NCBI GenBank assembly: GCA_934613415.1
Contig: CAKTSY010000004.1
Location: forward strand, 210,001 to 242,000
Source: an uncultured Opitutales bacterium
GTDB lineage: Bacteria; Verrucomicrobiota; Verrucomicrobiia; Opitutales; Intestinicryptomonadaceae
Reading direction: 5' to 3'
DNA: 32,000 nucleotides
Part shown: piece after piece, positions 24,472 through 32,000 of the stretch
Position numbering within the stretch: position 1 is the first letter of the stretch
How the letters are laid out: each line of letters begins with the position of its first letter
Program-made: the position numbers and the translations under genes
Notes under the pieces: model-generated
Told to the model about the DNA's origin: nothing
Databases searched by the model: none
Seen by the model: only the letters and a program-made list of their open reading frames with translations

Positions 24472-26177
24472 TTTCTTAGCCTCCTAGACTTGTATGTTTT
24501 AGAGAATTTTGCAATTCCCGCAAAAAATAGATATATAAAGAGCATAATGCAAACGCTCATAACCGCAATCTTGTCGGGGTTTTTGCCTATTATATCGCTA
24601 AAATACGAGCTTTTGCCCTCGAAAAGTATCTTTACTTCTTTCGAAATCCAAAGTATGAAAATCGCAAAAAGCGCAAACGGGGCAAAATACTGCAGAATAT
24701 AGGCGGTTATTATGGGAGCTTTCATTAAAGAGCCCCTGTTTGCCATTCTTATGCCTCGCTTTGTGCCTATTACATAAACAAAAACTGCAGCCATAATCAT
24801 CGTCAAAATATATATGCAAACCTGACCGCACCAAAAGTCGAAAGTGTCTAACGCCTTTAGGTTTTTAGAAAAGTACGCCACAAAGAACGATGGAAACACA
24901 GTAAGGGCAATCATTACCCAAACAGCGTGCTTGCGCTCGAACTTAACGGCTTCGCCGAAAAACGCTATTGCAGGCTGCAGCATAGAAAGCGAGCTTGTAA
25001 CCGCGCCCAAAAACAAAAGCGAAAAGAACATAAAGCCGAACAAAGCCCCGCACCATAGCGACGAAAAGAAAACGGGCAAAATCTTAAATCCCAAGTCGAA
25101 CAAACTTAGGCAAGACCCCAGCGTTGCGCTTACGCCGAAAAACGCAACTGCGGCAGGCACGGTAATCAAACCGCCTATGCAGACTTCGCAAAACTCGTTT
25201 GTGCTTGCCGCGCTAACTGCGCCCAAAACAATGTCGTCGTTCTTTTTTATGTAGCTGGCATAGGTCATTATCGCGCAAAAGCCAACCGTAAGGCTAAAGA
25301 ACACCTGGCCTGCGGCGGCAATCCATATCTGCGGGTTAAGCAGCTGTTTTAAAAGCGAAATTTTTACAATCCTAAATTCGCCGGGCGTTTTTGCGGCAAT
25401 ATTTTCGCCCCTGGCTATGGCGGGGGTGCCTACAAGCCTTTCTGCTTGCACCCATTCGTTTTTGCCCGAATCGAATTTTTCAAGAAAAACCTGTTCGGGA
25501 TTCCACATAAAGCCCAGGCCCGTGTTTAGGCTTTGCTCGGGCTTGTTTATGTCGGGCGTGCCCAGGCACATAACCCTTACAACCAAAATAAGCCCCAGCA
25601 AAAAAAGCATCGGCATTGCGTATTTGCAAAAGAACTCTATGCCCTTCGAAACTCCCCTGTATATTATGTAAAAATTCAATACAAAAACTATCAAAAAATA
25701 CGGCAGCAGCTTTTTAAAGCTGAACGAAAACGCGCCGCCGTCGGCGCTTATGCCCGTAAATTCGTTAAAAAACCCGGCCGATTCCGCCAAAGTTTTAAAA
25801 TGCAAATTGTCGAACGCAAAATTTACCGCATAGCCCAAGCACCAAGCCTCTATATATATGTAGTACGAAAATACTATTGTTGTAAGCATTACAGCCAAAA
25901 CGCCCATGTATTTTGCGCACTTGTTTTTCCATAGCGAATGAAATATGCCCACGGGCGAGTTAAAGCCCAAAAGGCCGCCCTCGCGCCCCATTGTCCATTC
26001 TACAATAGAAAGCGGCAAGGCTATAAAGAAAAAGGAAATTACATACGCAATCATAAACGATGCGCCGCCGTAGGTTGCCACCTGCCCCGGGAACTTAAGA
26101 AAATTGCCCAAGCCTACCGCGCTGCCTGCAACCGCAAGAATTACGCCTATGTGCGAGCTCCAGTTTTCCCTTTTCAC
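24468..26177 (-). CDS. Sodium-dependent transporter, neurotransmitter:sodium symporter (NSS/SNF) family
   Basis: The 569-aa ORF has the hallmark N-terminus WSSHIGVILAVAGSAVGLGNFLKFPGQVATYGGASF and about 12 TM segments. Confidence 0.88.
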   Translation of the reverse strand: MKRENWSSHIGVILAVAGSAVGLGNFLKFPGQVATYGGASFMIAYVISFFFIALPLSIVEWTMGREGGLLGFNSPVGIFHSLWKNKCAKYMGVLAVMLTTIVFSYYIYIEAWCLGYAVNFAFDNLHFKTLAESAGFFNEFTGISADGGAFSFSFKKLLPYFLIVFVLNFYIIYRGVSKGIEFFCKYAMPMLFLLGLILVVRVMCLGTPDINKPEQSLNTGLGFMWNPEQVFLEKFDSGKNEWVQAERLVGTPAIARGENIAAKTPGEFRIVKISLLKQLLNPQIWIAAAGQVFFSLTVGFCAIMTYASYIKKNDDIVLGAVSAASTNEFCEVCIGGLITVPAAVAFFGVSATLGSCLSLFDLGFKILPVFFSSLWCGALFGFMFFSLLFLGAVTSSLSMLQPAIAFFGEAVKFERKHAVWVMIALTVFPSFFVAYFSKNLKALDTFDFWCGQVCIYILTMIMAAVFVYVIGTKRGIRMANRGSLMKAPIITAYILQYFAPFALFAIFILWISKEVKILFEGKSSYFSDIIGKNPDKIAVMSVCIMLFIYLFFAGIAKFSKTYKSRRLRK

Positions 26178-26181
26178 TTTT

Positions 26182-26976
26182 TTACGAAATTTTTTGGTTC
26201 ATTGTCTTTGAAGGCTCGGCTTCGGCGGCAACGCCTACGGGCTTTGCGGGAACGCCCGCAACGGTGGTATGCGGTGCAACTTCGTCGAGCACAACCGAGC
26301 CCGCGCCAATTTTTGCGCATTTACCAACCTTAATGTTACCTATAATTTTGGCACCTGCGCCTATCAAAACGCCTCTGCCAATTTTTGGGTGTCTATCGCC
26401 GACCTCGTTGCCCGTACCGCCCAAAGTTACTTCGTGCAAAATCGAAACGTCGTCTTCTACAACTGATGTTTCACCCGCAACAAAAGACGTTGCGTGGTCT
26501 AGCATAATGCCCCTGCCAAAGCGCGCCGCAGGGTGAATGTCTACCGCAAAAACCTCGCTATTTAAGCTTTGCAGGTAATAAGCTAAATCTATTCTACCGC
26601 ACTGCCACAGATAGTGCGAAACCCTGTAGGTTGTAATTGCCATAAAGCCCTTGTAATACAAAAGGGGCATTATGTAGCTTTTGCAGGCAGGGTCGCGAGT
26701 TCTAACGGCGGCCAAGTCGTCTAAAACCGATTCTTTAATTTCGGGCGACTTTTCGAACGCCTCGCAAAAAATCGAATATAAGTGGTCGTAATCCATTGCA
26801 AGCGAAACCAGCCTGCGCGAAATTCTAGAAGCCACCGCCTCGAATATGTTCGATTTTTCCAAAATGGCTGAATTTACCAAAACGCGCAATGCGGGTTCCT
26901 TTTCGGCTATGTTTTTCGCCTCGGTTAAAACATCGTTCCAAACCGCGTTTTCAATTTCCTTATAATTCTTACCCAT
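26182..26976 (-). CDS. cysE: Serine O-acetyltransferase
   Basis: The 264-aa ORF has an N-terminal SATase helical domain, then left-handed beta-helix hexapeptide repeats (GGTGNEVGDRHPKIGRGVLIGAGAKIIGNIKVG). Confidence 0.85.
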   Translation of the reverse strand: MGKNYKEIENAVWNDVLTEAKNIAEKEPALRVLVNSAILEKSNIFEAVASRISRRLVSLAMDYDHLYSIFCEAFEKSPEIKESVLDDLAAVRTRDPACKSYIMPLLYYKGFMAITTYRVSHYLWQCGRIDLAYYLQSLNSEVFAVDIHPAARFGRGIMLDHATSFVAGETSVVEDDVSILHEVTLGGTGNEVGDRHPKIGRGVLIGAGAKIIGNIKVGKCAKIGAGSVVLDEVAPHTTVAGVPAKPVGVAAEAEPSKTMNQKIS

Positions 26977-26978
26977 AG

Positions 26979-27932
26979 TTAAACCAAGTTTTGCGGTTTA
27001 TTTTTTAAAAACATTCTTAAATTTTCTTCGGCAATTTTTAAAAGCCTGCACTTTGCCTGCTTGGTTGCCCAAGCCGTATGCGCCGTTATGTGGCAGTTTT
27101 TAACACCAAGCAAAACGTTGCCGCTTTTTGGGGGCTCTATCGACAAAACATCTATTCCGGCAAACGCAACCTTGCCAGAATTTAGGGCGTCTGCCAAAGC
27201 CTGTTCGTCTACAAGGCCGCCACGGGCGGTGTTTATAAGCCAAACACCGTCTTTGCACTTTGCCAAATTTTGGGCGTTTATAATCTTTTTATTGCTTTCG
27301 CACAAAGGGCAATGCAGCGATATTATATCGGCATTTTTAAAGAGAAAATCCAAGTCTGTAAATGCGGCAACACCGTCGCTAGTATTGGGAGTTTTAGATG
27401 GGGCATAGGCCAAAACTTTCATATCGAAAGCCCTTGCAATTTTTGCCACTTTTTTGCCTATTGCGCCATAACCTATCAATGCAATGGTTTTGCCTGCAAG
27501 CTCCTCTAAGGGAGTGTTTATGCAACAAAAATCGGGGCTGTTTTGCCATGCGCCGTTTTTTATCGCAACCGAATTTGTTTCGGTAAAAGTTGCAAAATTT
27601 AGCAGATGCGCAAAGGTGGCCTCGGCTACGCTGTTTGTGCTGTATTGCGGAATGTTGCATACAGTAATGTTCCTTTCCTTGCAATACGGCAAATCTACAT
27701 TATTGCAGCCCGTTGCCATAACGCCTATATACTTTAATTTGGGCAAACTATCTATTTGCGATTTACCCATTACAACTTTGTTTACAAGCACGCCTTCGCA
27801 GTCTTTGGCGCGCGGCACAATATCTTCGGGCAAAGTTCTGTCGTAAAACGAGCATTCCGCCATTTGTTTTATGCCCGACCAATCCAAATATGCGTCCGAA
27901 AGCGGAGCGTTGTCTAACACGGCAATTTTCAT
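26979..27932 (-). CDS. D-isomer-specific 2-hydroxyacid dehydrogenase (glycerate/phosphoglycerate dehydrogenase-like)
   Basis: I took the start at MKIAVLD (27932). The ORF has the NAD motif GYGAIGKKVA, the catalytic-triad contexts NTARGGLVD, DVLSIEPP and TAHTAW. The substrate cannot be assigned from sequence. Confidence 0.8.
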   Translation of the reverse strand: MKIAVLDNAPLSDAYLDWSGIKQMAECSFYDRTLPEDIVPRAKDCEGVLVNKVVMGKSQIDSLPKLKYIGVMATGCNNVDLPYCKERNITVCNIPQYSTNSVAEATFAHLLNFATFTETNSVAIKNGAWQNSPDFCCINTPLEELAGKTIALIGYGAIGKKVAKIARAFDMKVLAYAPSKTPNTSDGVAAFTDLDFLFKNADIISLHCPLCESNKKIINAQNLAKCKDGVWLINTARGGLVDEQALADALNSGKVAFAGIDVLSIEPPKSGNVLLGVKNCHITAHTAWATKQAKCRLLKIAEENLRMFLKNKPQNLV

Positions 27933-27941
27933 AACGCGCAA

Positions 27942-28484
27942 CTAAAAGGGGAACATTTCCTTCCAAAACGAGTTGCCCGACTCTTTTTGTTTTTGTTTTT
28001 CGCTTTCGCTAAGGGGCAGTTCGTGCACCGCCTGCGCTTTGTCCTGCAAGGCTTTCATTTGCTCTTGCGAAGAATTTTTTGCCGCCTGCTTTTTTTCGGG
28101 AACAGCCTCTTTTTCGATTTCAATTTTTGCCGAATCAACCGCGTCAACATCGGTTTTGTCGATAAGAACAAGCAAGTCTAAATCTGCCTTTTTGCCGGAA
28201 TTGTCTATAGCCCTCTTTAAATTCCTGTTTTCGCGCATTAGCGCAAATGTTTGCGAGCGCGCGGCCTTTTCGGAGGCGTCTATTTTCGACTGCGCCAAAG
28301 CCACCTCTTTTTCGGCCTTAGCAAGCTTTGCTTTAAGGTCTTGGCAGCTTTTTGTTAAAGATTCAACCTTTTCGGCAAGTGCCTGATTTTGTTTAAGCAG
28401 CAAATTGTAGTCGCCCTGCGCAATGTCGCTGTAAGTGCAAATGGCAAGCATGGCAAAAAGCGCGGTTATTGCATAAATTTTCAT
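27942..28484 (-). CDS. Hypothetical secreted/anchored coiled-coil protein
   Basis: The N-terminus MKIYAITALFAMLAICTYS is hydrophobic. It is followed by about 150 aa of charged, Ala/Lys/Glu/Gln-rich heptad-like sequence (LAEKVESLTKSCQDLKAKLAKAEKEVALAQSKIDASEKAA). I recognised no family. The start could be 14 codons further upstream, at 28526. Confidence 0.5.
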   Translation of the reverse strand: MKIYAITALFAMLAICTYSDIAQGDYNLLLKQNQALAEKVESLTKSCQDLKAKLAKAEKEVALAQSKIDASEKAARSQTFALMRENRNLKRAIDNSGKKADLDLLVLIDKTDVDAVDSAKIEIEKEAVPEKKQAAKNSSQEQMKALQDKAQAVHELPLSESEKQKQKESGNSFWKEMFPF

Positions 28485-28555
28485 AGCAGCCCATACAATA
28501 GTAAAAACGGCCACATTGCAAGCCACTATTTAGCCGAAAAGCTCCCCTTAAAGAA

Positions 28556-29362
28556 CTAAAATGGGCAATACATTTTATGGAAATCTTCGGGGCTGTTTAT
28601 GTTGCATATTTCGGGATTGTCGGAGGCTATAACCGCCTTCGAGTAGTCGGGAATGTATTTTGCCCGCTTTTCGTTATAATTTGGGCTTATTGCAACGCCG
28701 TTTGCGGGCACAAAAACGAAAATGTTTTCATAGCTAAAACGCACAGATAAGCATAACTTTTCCATAAGGCACCCCACTTTGTCTTGCGCCGTTTTGTCGA
28801 AAAACTTAAACATTGCATAGTTTGCAGCCAAATAAACGGCATAGTTGCCCCTGTTTTCCCTTTTGTTTAAAATTTTCCTTAAATCCAAAAGTTTTGATGG
28901 CTTTTTAGACTTGCAACAGCTTACATATACGCAAGTTGCAGAATTTTTACCGCAGTCTTTGCCGAAAGATATACAAAAATCGCCGTTTTTTTGCAAAAAG
29001 CCCGACATAGCCTTGTACGAAAAATTTTTAAGCTCGCAATAGGGAATGTTTTTAAGGCTAAAGTCTGCACCCAGCTTCAGCTTTTTTGCGTAGTATTTCG
29101 CAAAAATACCCCTTACAAACGCCGTATTAAACAGGCATTTGCGGTGCAAAGTTGCCCCGAACAAATATTTTAAATACGCCAATTTTTTAAATGGCGAATT
29201 TACATCGTCGAAGCGAAAAGGCTCGAATATTCCGTTTTGGGCAAAGCCGCCGCCGTTAAAAAAGGCGTCTAAAAACGAAAATTCCGATATGGCAAAAACG
29301 TCTATAGTTTTTTCGTATTTGCACTTGGGCGCATTTTGCGCGTTAAAAACCCAATTTGTCAT
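28556..29362 (-). CDS. Hypothetical protein, Cys-rich, no signal peptide, no family recognised
   Basis: The 268-aa ORF starts 4 nt after the GH92 stop. It has 12 Cys, including a VSCC pair, and is rich in aromatic and Lys residues. The coding call rests on ORF length, tight packing and the absence of competing ORFs. Confidence 0.55.
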   Translation of the reverse strand: MTNWVFNAQNAPKCKYEKTIDVFAISEFSFLDAFFNGGGFAQNGIFEPFRFDDVNSPFKKLAYLKYLFGATLHRKCLFNTAFVRGIFAKYYAKKLKLGADFSLKNIPYCELKNFSYKAMSGFLQKNGDFCISFGKDCGKNSATCVYVSCCKSKKPSKLLDLRKILNKRENRGNYAVYLAANYAMFKFFDKTAQDKVGCLMEKLCLSVRFSYENIFVFVPANGVAISPNYNEKRAKYIPDYSKAVIASDNPEICNINSPEDFHKMYCPF

Positions 29363-29366
29363 CTTG

Positions 29367-31583
29367 CTACCGTTTTATGTTTTGATTTTTAAAATATTCA
29401 GGCAAATCATCGGGCGATACTCCCCTTTTGTAATTCGGCTCGCTCGACATTTCAAAATCTATTTGCCGAGCCGACATAAGGTCTTTATGGTAAATCCACG
29501 TTTTGTTGTACGGCTTGCCGTCTATTTTCATTGATTTTACATATTTGTTTTCCGCCGACGCATTCTTTGCCGTTATTGTAAGCGTTTTATTGTCGGACAA
29601 ATGTATTATCGCCTTGTCGAAATACGGCGAGCCGAAGTCGTATATCGGATAGCCTATGTTCGTAGGGAAAAACCCCAACTGGCTAAATACCACAAACGCG
29701 CTCATTGCCCCGCCGTCTTCGTCGCCGGGAATACCCATATAGTCGTTCCTAAACCACAGGTCTATCAGGTGTCTTAGCATTTTTTGTGTTTTCCATGGCG
29801 TTAGCGCGCTGTTGTACAAATACGGTATTCGCATACAAGGCTCGTTGCCCATCGAAAAATTGCCGACCGTTGCAGAGTGATTGCCGCCGCATAGGCGATA
29901 AAAATAGGATTTATCGAGATGTATTATTTTCGAAAACATTTCGTCGAGCGCGCTTTCGAATGCCTTGTAACCTCCTATTTGCGAGATTAAGTCGGGCATA
30001 TTCTGCTCTACGTCCCAGCGGCATATATAGGCGTTGTTTTCGGTGTAGTAGTCTCTAAAGCCCAACCCGCCGCCGAACGAATAGTCTACATTCTTTATAA
30101 ACTCGCCCCTGTCGTCTTTCGGGTGCATAAATTTTGTTTTCGGGTGCAGCAAATTGCGGTAGTTGTACGACTGTTTTAAAAGCTTTTCCGCCGACTCTTT
30201 TTCGCCTATTATTTCGGCTATCTGCGAAAGGCACCAATCGTCGTAGGCGGTTGCCGTTGTAACGCTTACGGGCTGGCGCTTCATGCGCAGGTTAACCTCT
30301 TTAAAAGTTTCCTCCTGCCCCTCTCTTAGGGCTGGAATGTAGCCCTTTTCATAGTAGAATTTTGAAAGCTCGCCCGAATCGCAAATCGTATCGGGCAAAA
30401 GCGATTTTGTCCGAACGGTGTTCATAGCCAAGCGATACGCCGTTTTTAAATCCAAATCGCGAATCCCCTTGTTGTAGGCGTCTATAAACGAAGCTACAAT
30501 GTGGTTGCCATTCATATACTGGTTGTCGCCGTCTATTGTCGGGAATTTAGGCAACCATTTTTTGGGGCTTGATTCGCCGAAAAACAGAATGCTTTTCAGG
30601 CACTTTTTTTCGTAATCGGGGTTTAAAATCAGATAAAGCGGGTGGCTTGTTCTGTAGGTATCCCACGACCAGTCGTCGCAGTATATGTAGGAATTGTCGA
30701 AGCTTTGGCAAACCTTGTCGGAATAGGCGTTGTAAAATTGGCCGTATTCGTCGTAATTAACCATACGCTCTTTTGTGCGCCAAAAAGACGTGTAAAACAC
30801 CGTTTTTTCGTTTTCGTTTTTGCCGAAAACCTCTATTTGGGAAAGCGCGTCGTTCCATATCTGCCTTCCTTTTTCGGCAACAGCATTCAGATTAAAGTCT
30901 TTAATTTCGCGAGCTAGGTTGTCTTTTGCCTTTTCGTAACTTATAAACGACACTCCGTATTTTGCGCCGAGCTTTGAGACATTTTCGGCAAATATTGCCG
31001 TTTGCGAATTTTTTGTTTTATTATAGCTTTCGGGCTTGGCATCAAAAGCTACATATATGTATACCTTTGTATTCCCCCTTAGGCGGTACGAAACTCCGAA
31101 GGCGTTTTCGTCGGTAAAGCTGTCTAAAAAGTCTTTTGCATATATGCAAAACTTGCGCTTTTGGCTTGGGCTGCTTTGCGAAAAATCGAAAGAATAAATC
31201 GCCGACCTTTTCGATACCGCATAGTCTACCGAAATTTTGTCGTCTTCCAAAAACACCGAATAGGAATAGGGGGTAATCCTTTCCCTGTCGAAAAGATACA
31301 GGGCTTTGGGCGTTTCGCCGTTTGTAAACACGTTCAGTTTTGTGTTCGGCAAAAAGCGGTGGGTATGAACAAAAAGCGGAAGCGAATGCAGCGCTACAGC
31401 GGCGGAATCGAATTTAAAAGCAAAAGCCCTCATCATAGAGTTGGGAAGCTGCACAGTTTCGCGGGCGGGAACTAAAACGTGGCTTACGCCGCCCATCTTG
31501 CAATTCACATAGTCTACATAATCTTTTGCAAAAATACTTGCTGCAAAAAGCGCGAACAATGACGTAAAATAGTTAATCTTCAT
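29367..31583 (-). CDS. GH92 family alpha-mannosidase with signal peptide
   Basis: I moved the start to MKINYFTSLFALFAASIFA. GH92 signature blocks are present: MGNEPCMRIPYLYN and PGDEDGGAMSAFVVFSQLGFFP. The length of about 740 aa fits the family. Confidence 0.85.
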   Translation of the reverse strand: MKINYFTSLFALFAASIFAKDYVDYVNCKMGGVSHVLVPARETVQLPNSMMRAFAFKFDSAAVALHSLPLFVHTHRFLPNTKLNVFTNGETPKALYLFDRERITPYSYSVFLEDDKISVDYAVSKRSAIYSFDFSQSSPSQKRKFCIYAKDFLDSFTDENAFGVSYRLRGNTKVYIYVAFDAKPESYNKTKNSQTAIFAENVSKLGAKYGVSFISYEKAKDNLAREIKDFNLNAVAEKGRQIWNDALSQIEVFGKNENEKTVFYTSFWRTKERMVNYDEYGQFYNAYSDKVCQSFDNSYIYCDDWSWDTYRTSHPLYLILNPDYEKKCLKSILFFGESSPKKWLPKFPTIDGDNQYMNGNHIVASFIDAYNKGIRDLDLKTAYRLAMNTVRTKSLLPDTICDSGELSKFYYEKGYIPALREGQEETFKEVNLRMKRQPVSVTTATAYDDWCLSQIAEIIGEKESAEKLLKQSYNYRNLLHPKTKFMHPKDDRGEFIKNVDYSFGGGLGFRDYYTENNAYICRWDVEQNMPDLISQIGGYKAFESALDEMFSKIIHLDKSYFYRLCGGNHSATVGNFSMGNEPCMRIPYLYNSALTPWKTQKMLRHLIDLWFRNDYMGIPGDEDGGAMSAFVVFSQLGFFPTNIGYPIYDFGSPYFDKAIIHLSDNKTLTITAKNASAENKYVKSMKIDGKPYNKTWIYHKDLMSARQIDFEMSSEPNYKRGVSPDDLPEYFKNQNIKR

Positions 31584-31726
31584 AGCATTGGAGTTGTAGA
31601 ATATATCCAAAGCCTATTCAAATGTTTTTTTCGAAAATTTTAAGTATGTTTAGCAAAGTTAAAAACCAAAACTATACCCAAAAATTTCTTGTTAAGTTTG
31701 CCGAAAGTGCTTAGCTTCGGCTTTAT

Positions 31727-32000
31727 ATGGTAAAAATATTCAAATTCGCCCAAATAAAAGATTCGCCCTTTGCAGCAAAAAAGGGCTTCGACAAACTTGT
31801 AGAATACGTTTTAAAGAACGATATTTTTAAAATGCCGCTGGGCAAATACGAAATAGACGGCAAAAACCTGTATTTTGAAATTTCGAACTGCAATTTGCGC
31901 GCAAAGCAAAGCGCCCCGCTGGAAGCCCACAAAAAATATGCCGACTTGCAGCTTATTTTAGAGGGCAGCGAAACTTTCGGTCTTGCCGACACAAACGTTT
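31727..32000 (+). CDS. Partial CDS (3' end beyond the window): YhcH/YjgK/YiaL (DUF386, EbgC/NanQ-like) family protein
   Basis: This ORF is absent from the ORF track because it runs off the window. The ATG at 31727 gives MVKIFKFAQIKDSPFAAKKGFDKLVEYVLKNDIFKMPLGKYEIDGKNLYFEISNCNLRAKQSAPLEAHKKYADLQLILEGSETFG. The EAHKKYADLQLILEG block matches the family core (H..Y.D.Q..L.G). Confidence 0.65.
   Translation, partial: MVKIFKFAQIKDSPFAAKKGFDKLVEYVLKNDIFKMPLGKYEIDGKNLYFEISNCNLRAKQSAPLEAHKKYADLQLILEGSETFGLADTNV

Noticed and set aside
31723-31992. An 89-aa minus-strand ORF at the window end
   Set aside because: The opposite strand encodes a recognisable YhcH/DUF386-family N-terminus over the same interval. 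The minus-strand product has no recognisable features.

Overview
This 32 kb window looks like chromosomal DNA from a moderately AT-rich, glycan-degrading bacterium. A PEP-CTERM sorting signal plus signal-peptide-bearing GH92, GH42-like and BNR/sialidase-like enzymes suggest a PVC-type lineage (Lentisphaerota, Verrucomicrobiota or Kiritimatiellota-like). That assignment is inference only. I support about 30 CDS. They include hexuronate catabolism (uxaB-uxaA, and eda with a divergent GntR/sugar-binding regulator), glyQS, and translation genes (rpsR, tsaC/sua5, rplU-rpmA). They also include a glnB(P-II)-arnA(decarboxylase domain)-arnD-EEP cluster, queG plus a HAD hydrolase, an esterase and an MFS transporter. 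A roughly 8.5 kb tightly packed minus-strand gene string runs GH92, Cys-rich hypothetical, coiled-coil protein, 2-hydroxyacid dehydrogenase, cysE, NSS transporter, unannotated 57-aa membrane ORF, BNR protein. I recognised no rRNA, tRNA, CRISPR array, transposase or integrase. The standout is an AT-rich 3.3 kb gene (15040-18297, minus) for a 1,085-aa pentapeptide-repeat protein with a PEP-CTERM anchor. Its ribosome-binding site, ATG and signal-peptide n-region (ATG at 18370) are out of frame with the body of the gene. The two parts are separated only by a perfect 27-nt AT/TA dinucleotide tract, (TA)13 plus one base. One extra TA unit, or two fewer, would fuse them into a complete signal peptide (MDIKNTLQPKKS-YIYIYI...-ISALLTLPTLSYA/DNE). 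This fits a slipped-strand phase-variation switch, currently in an OFF state; an assembly error in the repeat is the alternative. Secondary observations are a perfect 60-bp tandem duplication inside that gene and a relic of a second PEP-CTERM 3' end upstream. Others are a MetS-like small ORF translationally coupled to the NSS transporter, a P-II gene embedded in an Ara4N-type operon, and a 14-nt motif shared by sugar-gene promoter regions.
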